DNA from: a virus
Taxonomy: Duplodnaviria > Caudoviricetes
Length of the DNA stretch: 64,000 nt
Direction: 5' to 3' (one strand)
Virus record (IMG/VR): IMGVR_UViG_3300033067_000207
Span: 957 to 64,956 of that record
Positions 47,007 to 55,813 of this stretch are shown here, in pieces. The notes under the pieces are model-generated. The model did not search any database, had not been told where the DNA came from, and saw only the letters and a list, made by a program, of their open reading frames with translations. The position numbers and the translations under genes are program-made. Position 1 is the first letter of the stretch, and the number at the start of each line of letters is the position of its first letter.

Positions 47007-47287
47007 TGTGTGGCCTCTTTATAAGTAGCCTCAAACAGCTTGTGCGAATATTTGGTCAGGCTGCCGTCTTGCTTCAGGACAACGTAGTCACTTGGGTTAA
47101 GGCGGATTGTGTTGTCGTCTTTTTTAAATTCTGCAAACAAGAAGCCGTCTGGGTTCTTCAAAAATTGCACCGTGCCGCCAGACAACCAAGGGGGAGGACT
47201 GACAAGCCACCAATGATCTTTTTCCCACTTAGCACGAAACCGCCAAGCAGACACAACCTCTTGCGTGTCCATATCTTTGAAAAACAT
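47003..47287 (-). CDS. Hypothetical protein
   Basis: Ends LNPSDYVVLKQDGSLTKYSHKLFEATY. Confidence 0.6.
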   Translation of the reverse strand: MFFKDMDTQEVVSAWRFRAKWEKDHWWLVSPPPWLSGGTVQFLKNPDGFLFAEFKKDDNTIRLNPSDYVVLKQDGSLTKYSHKLFEATYKEATQ

Positions 47288-49099
47288 TTATCCTCCGTAA
47301 GTATAACCTGTCTCGCTCTCACAGGATAGAGGCAAATCCAACCCCCACGCTGGGCGCATTTTCATGCAGGCTTCAATGTATTTTACAGCTTCTTTTTCTT
47401 CGTCTTCTTTACATAATGCCACAACAGAGTCGTGCACCGTTAACACGACCCGGTATCGCTTTGCAATCTCTAACATTTGGTCCGTCACAGCGATCCGCGC
47501 AAGGGCCTGACAAATATTTTCTGTAAGGCCACCACCCCAGATAGACTTAGGAAACGTAGTGCGCCCTTTGCGGGAGTGATACACAAACCCGTCAGAAGTC
47601 TTATGGAGGTTCGGGTACTTCAACCGCATACCGTTGGGCAGCATGATACCTTCTTCACCGATTACTTTAATAACCCCACCGGGACCAAACTCGGCATATT
47701 GACCTTTAATTATTGTTTCTAGCATACGGTCACACTGTTTCCAGAACATCGGGATTTTGTCGTAAGCTGTTCTGTAGGCGTTAATAATGCGCTGCGCTTC
47801 GTCGTCGCTCAGCACAACTTTTTCTTTCTGAACTTTCAAGTGCGCTTGTAGCTTGCGCCACCCGGTGCCGTATCCACTACCGAGTGTAACTGTTTTTGAG
47901 AGGAAGCGCCGGTCGCTGTCGATTTCTTCAACGGGAACGTTGTATATCTTAGTGCCAGTTAATTTGTAGACATCTTCCCCCCGCGCGAACGCGTCTACTA
48001 AATCTTGTTGCCCCGCTACCCACGCCAGCATACGCGCTTCAATAGACGAAGAGTCACAGTTAATAATCTTGTACCCGTTTGGTGCGCGTATAGATTTCTT
48101 CAGGTTAGACTTGCGTGGGAGGTTCTGTAGGTTGATCCCGTCTTGGGCACTATACCGCCCAGTATGTGCACCGTAATAGCGCAAGGGGACCGGCAGGGTT
48201 CCGCGCCCAGAGATACCAATAAAAGCCTCTGTGCGGGTCTCTTCCAAAGTCGATTTGTTGCCGATACGCGCCGAAACAAGCGCCTGCACCGCAGGGTTTT
48301 CGTGTTCTTTTAGCTCTAGGAACTCTTCGTCTGATTTGGCGAACGCGTAAGTTTCTTTGCCTGTGGTCTTGCTAACTTTTGTGGGGGGCTCAACGCCGTT
48401 CGCGCGTAGTAGTTCGGCAAACTTTGCGTTACTCATCAAGTCCGCGCGCTCAACAAGCGCAGACATCAACAGGTTCATTTTCTTTTCTTGAACGTCCTTC
48501 AGGTGCGTCTCAAGCAGCGGCCTATCCAACTCCAGTACCGGTTCGGAAAACATACGAATAGTAAGGTCGATGAGCTTAAGCTCAGACAGTGGGAACTCGC
48601 CCAGCATATTTTTTACTAGCTTATAAGTAAGCTCTACGTCATTGACGCAGTACTCGGCATATTTGTTTAGCTCTTGCCGGGTGAAGTCCGCGCGCCGCTT
48701 ACCTAAAGCGTTTACAACCTCGTGGCCCTTTTCTCCCAGACCGAAGAACTTGGCGAGCGACGCCAACCCAACACCCACTTCGTTCCCATACAGGGCGCGG
48801 CCCATGGATAGTGTGTCAATGATCCGCTTCGGGCGGATATCAAAATGCCAGTTGAGAATAGCCGCGTCAAATTGCGCGTTATGAAATACCGCCGCCGACT
48901 CTTCCCAAGGAAATTTACGGAGCCACGTTTTTATTTCGTCGTGTGTACCAGAGAACCATTCTGTGGGTTTATCATCTTCTTTTACCGCCCACAGAATCAC
49001 TTCGAACTCGGGAGAACGTATATATTCCTCCACGGACATTTTCGATAAATTATACTGCTTATCATAAAATGTTTCGGCGTCCGCAACAAGGGTCTTCAT
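47288..49099 (-). CDS. polA: DNA polymerase, family A, with 3'-5' exonuclease
   Basis: DAET exonuclease motif, HNAQFD, motif A DSSSIEARM, motif B RFLSKTVTLGSGYG, motif C TVHDS. Confidence 0.92.
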   Translation of the reverse strand: MKTLVADAETFYDKQYNLSKMSVEEYIRSPEFEVILWAVKEDDKPTEWFSGTHDEIKTWLRKFPWEESAAVFHNAQFDAAILNWHFDIRPKRIIDTLSMGRALYGNEVGVGLASLAKFFGLGEKGHEVVNALGKRRADFTRQELNKYAEYCVNDVELTYKLVKNMLGEFPLSELKLIDLTIRMFSEPVLELDRPLLETHLKDVQEKKMNLLMSALVERADLMSNAKFAELLRANGVEPPTKVSKTTGKETYAFAKSDEEFLELKEHENPAVQALVSARIGNKSTLEETRTEAFIGISGRGTLPVPLRYYGAHTGRYSAQDGINLQNLPRKSNLKKSIRAPNGYKIINCDSSSIEARMLAWVAGQQDLVDAFARGEDVYKLTGTKIYNVPVEEIDSDRRFLSKTVTLGSGYGTGWRKLQAHLKVQKEKVVLSDDEAQRIINAYRTAYDKIPMFWKQCDRMLETIIKGQYAEFGPGGVIKVIGEEGIMLPNGMRLKYPNLHKTSDGFVYHSRKGRTTFPKSIWGGGLTENICQALARIAVTDQMLEIAKRYRVVLTVHDSVVALCKEDEEKEAVKYIEACMKMRPAWGLDLPLSCESETGYTYGG

Positions 49100-49163
49100 T
49101 TCTTAACTCCAGCACGAAGGGGTTTTCTCCACTCGCCCCCAGAAAAAGGATAAATCTTCTAGG

Positions 49164-49451
49164 CTATTCTTTTTTGGCATCTTTGCGTATCCAGATTTTT
49201 ACCGTGTTGTCGCTCTTATCATGCCAGCGCTTTTCAAATGTTACATACGCGGCCATCTCGTCTTCAGCTTCAACATGCGTGATCGCGGCTAGGTGCGACA
49301 GGCTTGAGTTATATGGTTCTACCTTAAGAATACTTGGGGTTTTTGAACCTTCATACCAAGCCCAGTGCACAGTATAGACTGGTTTTCCCGTAACATTGTT
49401 AATAAACCCCGGTATAAGTTCATTTAACATTTGTCTCTTACTAACGGCCAT
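49164..49451 (-). CDS. Small DEL-motif protein
   Basis: VEAEDEMAAYVTF; RBS AGGAG. Confidence 0.7.
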   Translation of the reverse strand: MAVSKRQMLNELIPGFINNVTGKPVYTVHWAWYEGSKTPSILKVEPYNSSLSHLAAITHVEAEDEMAAYVTFEKRWHDKSDNTVKIWIRKDAKKE

Positions 49452-49824
49452 TATACTCCTCCGCGTATTTATCCAGTATCTCGACGGCTCGCGCCATAGC
49501 GGCCATTTCATCTTGTGCGATGATAGGCACACTAAATTCGCCGTCACTGTAAATTAAGTTAAGCGCTTCTCCCTGCTTCATGTGTACTACTTCTTTTATT
49601 TTGTACCTAAACTTCATGTCATCGAAAGCCACATAGTACACAACGCTAACCTTATATGTAGCGGGCCACTCAGGACCTTTATGGTTTTTAGCTTCCCGCT
49701 CGTATAAAGCGTTAAACATAGCATGGAGTGTGTTTTGTTTGTAGTTAGCCACGGGCTCTCCTAGAAGCATCCCATTATTTGCTACTGCATTATTAGTCAG
49801 TCGGAAAGGGCTTGGTGAACCCAT
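49441..49824 (-). CDS. Small DEL-motif protein
   Basis: IIAQDEMAAMARA; RBS GGAG. Confidence 0.7.
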   Translation of the reverse strand: MGSPSPFRLTNNAVANNGMLLGEPVANYKQNTLHAMFNALYEREAKNHKGPEWPATYKVSVVYYVAFDDMKFRYKIKEVVHMKQGEALNLIYSDGEFSVPIIAQDEMAAMARAVEILDKYAEEYNGR

Positions 49825-50038
49825 CTAAAAACTCCCTGAAGTCTTCTGTCTTTTTCTTGACTATATCCAGTGCGGTTTTATATGCATCTAACTCGTCTAT
49901 ACCACTAACAGTGATGTGATTAAACACATACTCTCCCGAGCGATATTTTTCTTTATTGTATGGCTCTACGCTCTCCACTCTATAGGAGCCGTCTAGCTCT
50001 ATAAAATATTTTACGGAATACCGCCCGGGAACTATCAT
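49793..50038 (-). CDS. Small DEL-motif protein
   Basis: VSGIDELDAYKTA; start uncertain. Confidence 0.65.
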   Translation of the reverse strand: MIVPGRYSVKYFIELDGSYRVESVEPYNKEKYRSGEYVFNHITVSGIDELDAYKTALDIVKKKTEDFREFLDGFTKPFPTD

Positions 50039-50042
50039 TGGC

Positions 50043-50510
50043 TTAGGAGATGTGGTCTTTCGCATAAGAGCTTGGAGCGTTTCCCCCCGGAGAGATTGCA
50101 TTATGAATGTTGCCGGTAGAACCTAGAGCGATCCCAGTATTAATAAATGCTCCCGCCGGTTTCAAACCTTGTTTAGCATACCTATCAAACTGCTCTCGTT
50201 CGCCGCTCAGCACGACACGACGAACAATTTCTTTCTCGACACCAGCTTCATATACTTCCATCAACCGCGCATATAAAGCGTCAACTTCTTTGTCAGTAAA
50301 CGTCGGCAGGGGGGTACCGCAGATACTAGCGTCAAGAGAGGGGTCTGTCCAGTTTGGCTGTCCGGTTTTTCTGATGGTTACTGCGTTTGCTACATCCCGC
50401 CAAGGCGACGAGTAATTGTCCCCTGCAATACCCATATAAAATTCGTCCGGGTGGCTGTGCATCCGGCCAAGCAAAATTTCTACAGCCTTACAAAAACCGT
50501 TGTCAGTCAT
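50043..50510 (-). CDS. Hypothetical protein
   Basis: 155 aa; N-terminus (LLGRMHSHPDEF) resembles ORF 46476 (LIDRMEEHPGEF). Confidence 0.6.
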   Translation of the reverse strand: MTDNGFCKAVEILLGRMHSHPDEFYMGIAGDNYSSPWRDVANAVTIRKTGQPNWTDPSLDASICGTPLPTFTDKEVDALYARLMEVYEAGVEKEIVRRVVLSGEREQFDRYAKQGLKPAGAFINTGIALGSTGNIHNAISPGGNAPSSYAKDHIS

Positions 50511-50512
50511 TT

Positions 50513-50818
50513 CTATTTGTCCTTTAAAAGTTTAATAACGCCTTCTAGGTAACCAAGGTTACCCTCGTTTATTACGACAGCTACTCCCCCCGCCGTATTA
50601 ATTTTCTCTATGTGCATCTGCTGTAGTTCGGTAGGTTTATTCTTACCGGCCTTGCACTCAATAGCAAGGAACCGACCACTCACGCAACAAATAATATCTG
50701 GCACACCCTTGACCGAATACGCGCCGCCAATAGGACTGAAGTAATATATGTCTGATCCGTGGGATTTCAAGATTTTTACAATCTTATCTTTTACCGCGCG
50801 CTCCGGGGTCTTACTCAT
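50513..50818 (-). CDS. VRR-NUC domain nuclease
   Basis: KGVPDIICC..GRFLAIECKAGKNKPTELQ...I..AGG.A.V. Confidence 0.85.
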   Translation of the reverse strand: MSKTPERAVKDKIVKILKSHGSDIYYFSPIGGAYSVKGVPDIICCVSGRFLAIECKAGKNKPTELQQMHIEKINTAGGVAVVINEGNLGYLEGVIKLLKDK

Positions 50819-50850
50819 ATCTGTTCCTCGCTCGGTCAGATTTAAAGCAC

Positions 50851-50882
50851 AAAAAAGCCCCCGTGGCAAGTACCACGAGGGC
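50851..50882 (-). terminator. Rho-independent terminator
   Basis: GCCCTCGTGG-TACTTG-CCACGGGGGC followed by T6 on the - strand. Confidence 0.8.
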
Positions 50883-50890
50883 CAAGAAGT

Positions 50891-51085
50891 TTAGTTAAGA
50901 AGGCAAGCTAGAATAAAGAACACTATCAGCACAATCAGGCAGCCCCAGAACCGCCACCGCGCAAGTTTTTCCCAATATTCGGGGTCTCTTGTTTCTGTTT
51001 TATATTCCCTCCAGCACAAGAACTGCCAAAAAGTGACCCCGAAAAACGTGTAAGCAAGAATACCGAGCAGGCTTAAACTAATCAT
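50891..51085 (-). CDS. Small membrane protein (2 TM)
   Basis: Two hydrophobic segments. Confidence 0.6.
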   Translation of the reverse strand: MISLSLLGILAYTFFGVTFWQFLCWREYKTETRDPEYWEKLARWRFWGCLIVLIVFFILACLLN

Positions 51086-51190
51086 TTCTCTTCCTCTCTT
51101 CTTATAACTAGCCTACGCTAGCCACGACAATCAGTAGTAATAGTACGCAATACATAAGCACGCCGCCTAAAATAAAGTACCCCACTCGCA

Positions 51191-51487
51191 TTATTTCTTT
51201 TCCTCTCTCCTCTTAAAAATAACCCACGCCAGCCAACCGGGAAACACAACCATACAGCCGCCTAGCAACATGTAGAACATCCAAGATGGTAGGCGGATGC
51301 CGTCCAGTTCTTTTACGTATATCCCCAGCATAAACCCGGCGAAGAACAGGGCCACCGACCAGATTTTCCACGCGCTAAGAAAGTGCCTAGCCCAAACAAG
51401 TTCGTAGTAAAAAGTTTCTGATACACAGCGAACAGTAGATAAAACATGGTCGGACGCAATATTCTCAGGCTGCTTCTTGCCAAACAT
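51191..51487 (-). CDS. Small membrane protein
   Basis: Two hydrophobic segments. Confidence 0.6.
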   Translation of the reverse strand: MFGKKQPENIASDHVLSTVRCVSETFYYELVWARHFLSAWKIWSVALFFAGFMLGIYVKELDGIRLPSWMFYMLLGGCMVVFPGWLAWVIFKRREEKK

Positions 51488-52316
51488 TGTTTTTCTCCAT
51501 AATCAGAAAGAACTCGTTGGCGGCTACCCGAATACCGACATTTGGAATAAGCACATCGGTTTCTACCAGCTTAAGCAGCCCTAGCTTTTCTGCGATAACA
51601 ACGGGCAACTCGTGCGGCTTATATGTATACAGCGGGATATCTCCCGTGCCGCCAACATAGTACATACCAGAGTACTCATACACACCGAGATAGGACGAGG
51701 CCAACCGGTTTTGCTCTTCGTAGAACACTTTATCCACAAGCTTATCTTGCAGCGTATTCACAGTTGCTTCGTCAAAACCCAGTACCCGTAAGGCTTGCAT
51801 CTGCTCTTGGCTTAGCGGTCCCTTACGTTTTATTAGCACCGCAGTTAATTCGCGTACTGTGTTTTGGTAATCCGCGCTTGTCCTATAAGCCCGCGTACTA
51901 AACTCTCGCATACCGGACGCACTAATCCTCTCAAGATGTTCCTGCGGGGTAATAGCCTTCACATATTTCTTGAACGTGTCCAAGGCTACGTTGAGCTTGC
52001 TAGACCATTTGGTAGCCCCCCGCTCAATTACTTTATAGAGTGCGTCACACGTAATGTAGATGCCGGTGTTAGAGCCGCGAGCTTTGTGCCCTACTGTAGC
52101 GATCTTATGGCCCAGCGCATATACGTGAAACTCAGATAGTGTAGTCAGAGTATAAAAGTTATCAAACGACCGTTTGAACTCCCACGACGGGTTGCGCTTC
52201 GCGGCTTCGTATAAAAAGTCAGAGAGTAAATCTGGAACTTTGGTGCCCGGATTTTTGTCCGGGCAGGTTTTATACTCCACAAAGATGTTTGGCAGCCTAT
52301 GAATAATCTTGTTCAT
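51465..52316 (-). CDS. Hypothetical protein
   Basis: 283 aa; RBS AGGA preceded by the palindrome. Confidence 0.7.
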   Translation of the reverse strand: MNKIIHRLPNIFVEYKTCPDKNPGTKVPDLLSDFLYEAAKRNPSWEFKRSFDNFYTLTTLSEFHVYALGHKIATVGHKARGSNTGIYITCDALYKVIERGATKWSSKLNVALDTFKKYVKAITPQEHLERISASGMREFSTRAYRTSADYQNTVRELTAVLIKRKGPLSQEQMQALRVLGFDEATVNTLQDKLVDKVFYEEQNRLASSYLGVYEYSGMYYVGGTGDIPLYTYKPHELPVVIAEKLGLLKLVETDVLIPNVGIRVAANEFFLIMEKNNVWQEAA

Positions 52317-52328
52317 TTTAAATCCTGT

Positions 52329-52341
52329 GTAACATTGTTAC
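52329..52341. promoter_or_regulatory. Palindrome copy 2 (intergenic, at RBS)
   Basis: GTAACATTGTTAC. Confidence 0.75.
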
Positions 52342-52343
52342 GC

Positions 52344-53195
52344 TTACCAAGAATAGGCTTTTAGGACTTCATCAATCCGCTTCTTTACATCCGCGCGGGT
52401 GTCTGCGCTCTCTCTAATCTCCACAATGTCTACACCCAACAGGGCAGACTGAAGATCACGGCGCGCTTTCTCAAGCTCCGGGTCACGCGTTACATTTAGG
52501 TGCGTAAGCATAGTGCACAAGTCCTGCGCGTTGGAAATCAAGGTCTCGTGATAACGCTTCTTCTCGTCGTCGTTGGTGTCAGTCAACTTGGCGGAAATAT
52601 TCTGGAGCACTTTGTAAAGCCTATCCCACGGCTCACGCATTGCCTCCGCCAGTCGCGCATTCTGACTAGCTTCGTACTCCTGCTTAATTTCCTCCAGCGC
52701 TTGCGCCGGAATATCCAACCTGAAATCGCCGGACTCTGGCATTGGACTAAACACCAGCTTAAAGCTAAACTTCTTCCGGACTTCTTCGGCGTCTGGATAA
52801 TCCGTCTCATCGAACAGGTCACCGAGGTTAGCCTTGGCCTTTTCTACATGCTGCGGGTACTCGTCGATGAACTTATCAACCATACCGTCAAAGGTGGCCT
52901 TACGCACATCCGCTTCCTGCTTGTAATCAAAGAACAGGGACAGCGGGATAAGACGCGAACCGCGATCAGCCCACGGCAAGGTCTTAGTATTGTGCCACAT
53001 ACGTGTAGCTGCGGCGTAATCCGCAATGTCCTTTCGCGCAGATGTGCCCGCCATAAGATGCTTGGTAACTTTAGCGGCAGACCTTACGGCAGAGTTGCTA
53101 TGTGTAATCTCTTCCGTGCGTGTCTTATCCTGTATGGCTGCGGTCCACACGCCGATGTTGAGTTCGACCAACAATGCTGAACTTGAAATGCTCAT
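52344..53195 (-). CDS. DUF3150-like conserved phage protein
   Basis: ALLVELNIGVWTA...KTLPWADRGSRL...DETDYPDAEEVRKKF...MREPWDRLY. Confidence 0.55.
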   Translation of the reverse strand: MSISSSALLVELNIGVWTAAIQDKTRTEEITHSNSAVRSAAKVTKHLMAGTSARKDIADYAAATRMWHNTKTLPWADRGSRLIPLSLFFDYKQEADVRKATFDGMVDKFIDEYPQHVEKAKANLGDLFDETDYPDAEEVRKKFSFKLVFSPMPESGDFRLDIPAQALEEIKQEYEASQNARLAEAMREPWDRLYKVLQNISAKLTDTNDDEKKRYHETLISNAQDLCTMLTHLNVTRDPELEKARRDLQSALLGVDIVEIRESADTRADVKKRIDEVLKAYSW

Positions 53196-53413
53196 TCTTG
53201 TTCTCCTGCAATTTTGTAAATCTTATAGTGCTCATCACTGAGCGGGGTTATTTCTATCGAGCTTTCCATAGGCTTAATACGTTTTAGGTATGCTCCGTTG
53301 GTATATCTTTCTGAGTACTCCTCCGTTTCTAATGCTAATGCTATAAAGGCTGGAACGCGTTCTGCGTCCATTACCAGCCTTTCACCGAACACATACACAA
53401 GCACCTTAGCCAT
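53192..53413 (-). CDS. Hypothetical protein
   Basis: 73 aa with an ATGA overlap. Confidence 0.6.
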   Translation of the reverse strand: MAKVLVYVFGERLVMDAERVPAFIALALETEEYSERYTNGAYLKRIKPMESSIEITPLSDEHYKIYKIAGEQE

Positions 53414-53555
53414 CGCTAAACAGTACCCATATCGTGATACCAGCTATGATTAGCCAGATATTAGTAGTGACAGACCCCACGAGGAGCAGGGCGACAACAA
53501 GCCACCCCACCCCTCCGAAAAGCAATGCGAGAATATACCAAATAATATATTCCAT
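53406..53555 (-). CDS. 49-aa membrane peptide (not in the ORF track)
   Basis: MEYIIWYILALLFGGVGWLVVALLLVG...; TAATG coupling. Confidence 0.55.
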   Translation of the reverse strand: MEYIIWYILALLFGGVGWLVVALLLVGSVTTNIWLIIAGITIWVLFSDG

Positions 53556-53740
53556 TATTTTTCTCTAGGCTCCAGAAAACCAAGAAGCTGGAATGTAACG
53601 CCAAAAAACACAAAGCCAAATACTGCGCCCCACTCCATAACGCTTTGCGCGTAGTTTGTGTCGAGGAGGCACAGATTAACTAGGGGCGCGACAAGCGCGC
53701 CCCCGGCCATTACATAACAAATCTTAGATACTTCGTTCAT
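53555..53740 (-). CDS. Small membrane protein
   Basis: Two hydrophobic segments. Confidence 0.55.
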   Translation of the reverse strand: MNEVSKICYVMAGGALVAPLVNLCLLDTNYAQSVMEWGAVFGFVFFGVTFQLLGFLEPREK

Positions 53741-54969
53741 TACTCAACCTCAACCTTGATCGTCTTACCGTTAGGCGACACAACGTCCGTGGTAATGCAC
53801 CACAACACAGGTGCGGGCCACTCGCTGCCCCAATCACCCACATACCCGTCCGTAAATTGCAGGATAGCTTGCGGGACAATCTTCTTCTCGTTAAGCAAAC
53901 GCATGAGACACGCGCCGTCCGTGCCGCCGCCGCCCTTAGGTTTAGTGTTGGCTACTAAGCTATCCATATCGGAAACTTCGTAGACTTCTTCAGACGCTAC
54001 AGAATGGTCCCAGTAATAGAGGCGGATGCGCTCGGGGCGAACAGCTTCACACACAGCCTTGACCTCAGATAGAAACGCATTGAGTTCCCGGTTACTGATG
54101 GAACCAGAAGTATCCACGCCAACAATAATCTCCCCTACACGCTCACCGATAAGAGTAGGCAAATAGATATCATTGCCGACGAACCTGCGGTTGACGCGAC
54201 GCCAAGAGGACGCGTCTTTAGCTGCACACGTAGTAGTTACAAACTCTCTTAGGAGTTCTTTCCAGTCATGTTTGGGCTCCAAGAGATCGCCGAGTTCCCG
54301 CGACATGCCTCCCGCGCCTGTTCCATTGAGTCGTTGGTGGGCGATCTGCCCTGTACGAAGAGCCGTGTCGATTTCACGTTCGATCTCTTTCTGTTCCGCT
54401 TCCGTGAGTTCTTGCGCGCCTTCCCAGTCATGCTCATCGAAGCCCTTAAGGTTAGAGCCAAAGCCGCCAGAAGAATTACCGTCGCCGTCACCCTTCTTCC
54501 CCTTACCGGACTGTTGCTGCATCTCTTTCTTGAGCGCATCAAACACTTGCTTGGTGTTCATACCACGATATTTCTCGTCAACCAAGCCGATCTTCTCGCC
54601 GTTAAGCGTGGGAAACTCGATGACGTGTCCTTCCGGGTCCATATCTTTGAGTTCTAAGTTAATCACAAAGTCAGCGGCGGCGTTGGTGAGCATGGGGTTT
54701 TCTTCGAACAGCCGACGCCAGATGAACAAATGCCGATAAGCCTTGTGCAAGTTCTCGTGGAGGACAACAAACGCGAGCTGTTTATCGTTTAGCTTAGCAA
54801 TGAAGTCTTCGCCGTAAAACTCGTCGCGTCCGTTGGTGGCGGCAGTGGGGATATCTTTGGAAACATATGTTTTGCCAACCATAAGGATACCAGACCACAA
54901 CGCAAACTTGGGGTTGCGCATCAGGGAAATCTTGGCGCGGGTCAAACGCTTCTCAGGAGTAATGCTCAT
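53740..54969 (-). CDS. Putative metallopeptidase + VWA-like protein (DUF2201 type)
   Basis: PTAATNG, LHENLH (HExxH), MIDAS VDTSGS, GGGGTD, FTDGY. Confidence 0.85.
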   Translation of the reverse strand: MSITPEKRLTRAKISLMRNPKFALWSGILMVGKTYVSKDIPTAATNGRDEFYGEDFIAKLNDKQLAFVVLHENLHKAYRHLFIWRRLFEENPMLTNAAADFVINLELKDMDPEGHVIEFPTLNGEKIGLVDEKYRGMNTKQVFDALKKEMQQQSGKGKKGDGDGNSSGGFGSNLKGFDEHDWEGAQELTEAEQKEIEREIDTALRTGQIAHQRLNGTGAGGMSRELGDLLEPKHDWKELLREFVTTTCAAKDASSWRRVNRRFVGNDIYLPTLIGERVGEIIVGVDTSGSISNRELNAFLSEVKAVCEAVRPERIRLYYWDHSVASEEVYEVSDMDSLVANTKPKGGGGTDGACLMRLLNEKKIVPQAILQFTDGYVGDWGSEWPAPVLWCITTDVVSPNGKTIKVEVE

Positions 54970-55385
54970 TTGCGTACCTTTCTGACTTGTTTGAACAGGG
55001 TGGAATACCCTTTGGATGTAACATTGTTACACTTAACTGTTAGGGTCTTCTGTTTGGCGTCGCGTAACTTATATAGGTCGTGCTTAAGCTTAGGTATATT
55101 CTCTTTGCCACAGTACATAATCATGGCGTTTTTAAGCGCATCTAATTCGTCGATGGCATAGAGTTGTTTATTCACAAACCCCTCTTCTGAAAACGGCTCA
55201 CATGTATTCGGGTCAATAATCCAGTATGCATACCGAACGCGCAGCGTGACTAAAAAACATTTGTTGGGGGTGGGTCTCGGGAAACGAGGTTGCGTTAATT
55301 TTATGATGCCGCCAGAAACTTCACCAACCTTAAACACTGACACGTCTGGGGGATATTCTTTTTCTAACTCCTCTAGTGTTTTCAT
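54966..55385 (-). CDS. DEL-motif protein
   Basis: LYAIDELDALKNA. Confidence 0.65.
   Translation of the reverse strand: MKTLEELEKEYPPDVSVFKVGEVSGGIIKLTQPRFPRPTPNKCFLVTLRVRYAYWIIDPNTCEPFSEEGFVNKQLYAIDELDALKNAMIMYCGKENIPKLKHDLYKLRDAKQKTLTVKCNNVTSKGYSTLFKQVRKVRK
55017..55031. promoter_or_regulatory. Palindrome copy 3 (intragenic, about 50 bp upstream of the VWA gene)
   Basis: TGTAACATTGTTACA. Confidence 0.7.
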
Positions 55386-55484
55386 TCGTGACCCCTGCTC
55401 CGACGGTAGTGTTCTTTTTTCTTTTTCTTGGCTACCTTGCGTGCGTGCATACCCTCCCTTGTGAACCTGAATACTTTGCTATGT

Positions 55485-55739
55485 CTAACGTCTGGTTGTC
55501 TTATTCGCTCGCTTTCGTTCACGGTCCTCCTCCTCCTCCTCCTCCTCGGTTATCTCTTTCAGCGCTTTGTTGTACGCCTCCATCTCATCTACGGCTTCGT
55601 AGAAGTTCTCATAATATCTGTCAGAGTCTCCAAGCCTGATGCGTACTCTGTACCAATCATGATTAACTTTGTTTGAAAAGTTAAGCCCGGGGCGAGCAAT
55701 CTTGCCCCATAGTCCTACATAGACGATCCGTCTACCCAT
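55485..55739 (-). CDS. Small DEL-motif protein with poly-Glu tract
   Basis: YEAVDEMEAYNKA...EEEEEED. Confidence 0.65.
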   Translation of the reverse strand: MGRRIVYVGLWGKIARPGLNFSNKVNHDWYRVRIRLGDSDRYYENFYEAVDEMEAYNKALKEITEEEEEEEDRERKRANKTTRR

Positions 55740-55780
55740 GTTGCCTCTGAAATAGGGGAGAGGAATTACCCTCCCCCAGT

Positions 55781-55793
55781 GTAACAGTGTTAC
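55781..55793. promoter_or_regulatory. Palindrome copy 4 (intergenic)
   Basis: GTAACAGTGTTAC. Confidence 0.75.
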
Positions 55794-55813
55794 GCTAAGT
55801 TATTGATTTTACT

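Noticed and set aside
55525-55547. (TCC)n microsatellite as a phase-variation switch
   Set aside because: It is a trinucleotide, in-frame repeat encoding poly-Glu, so length changes would not switch expression.
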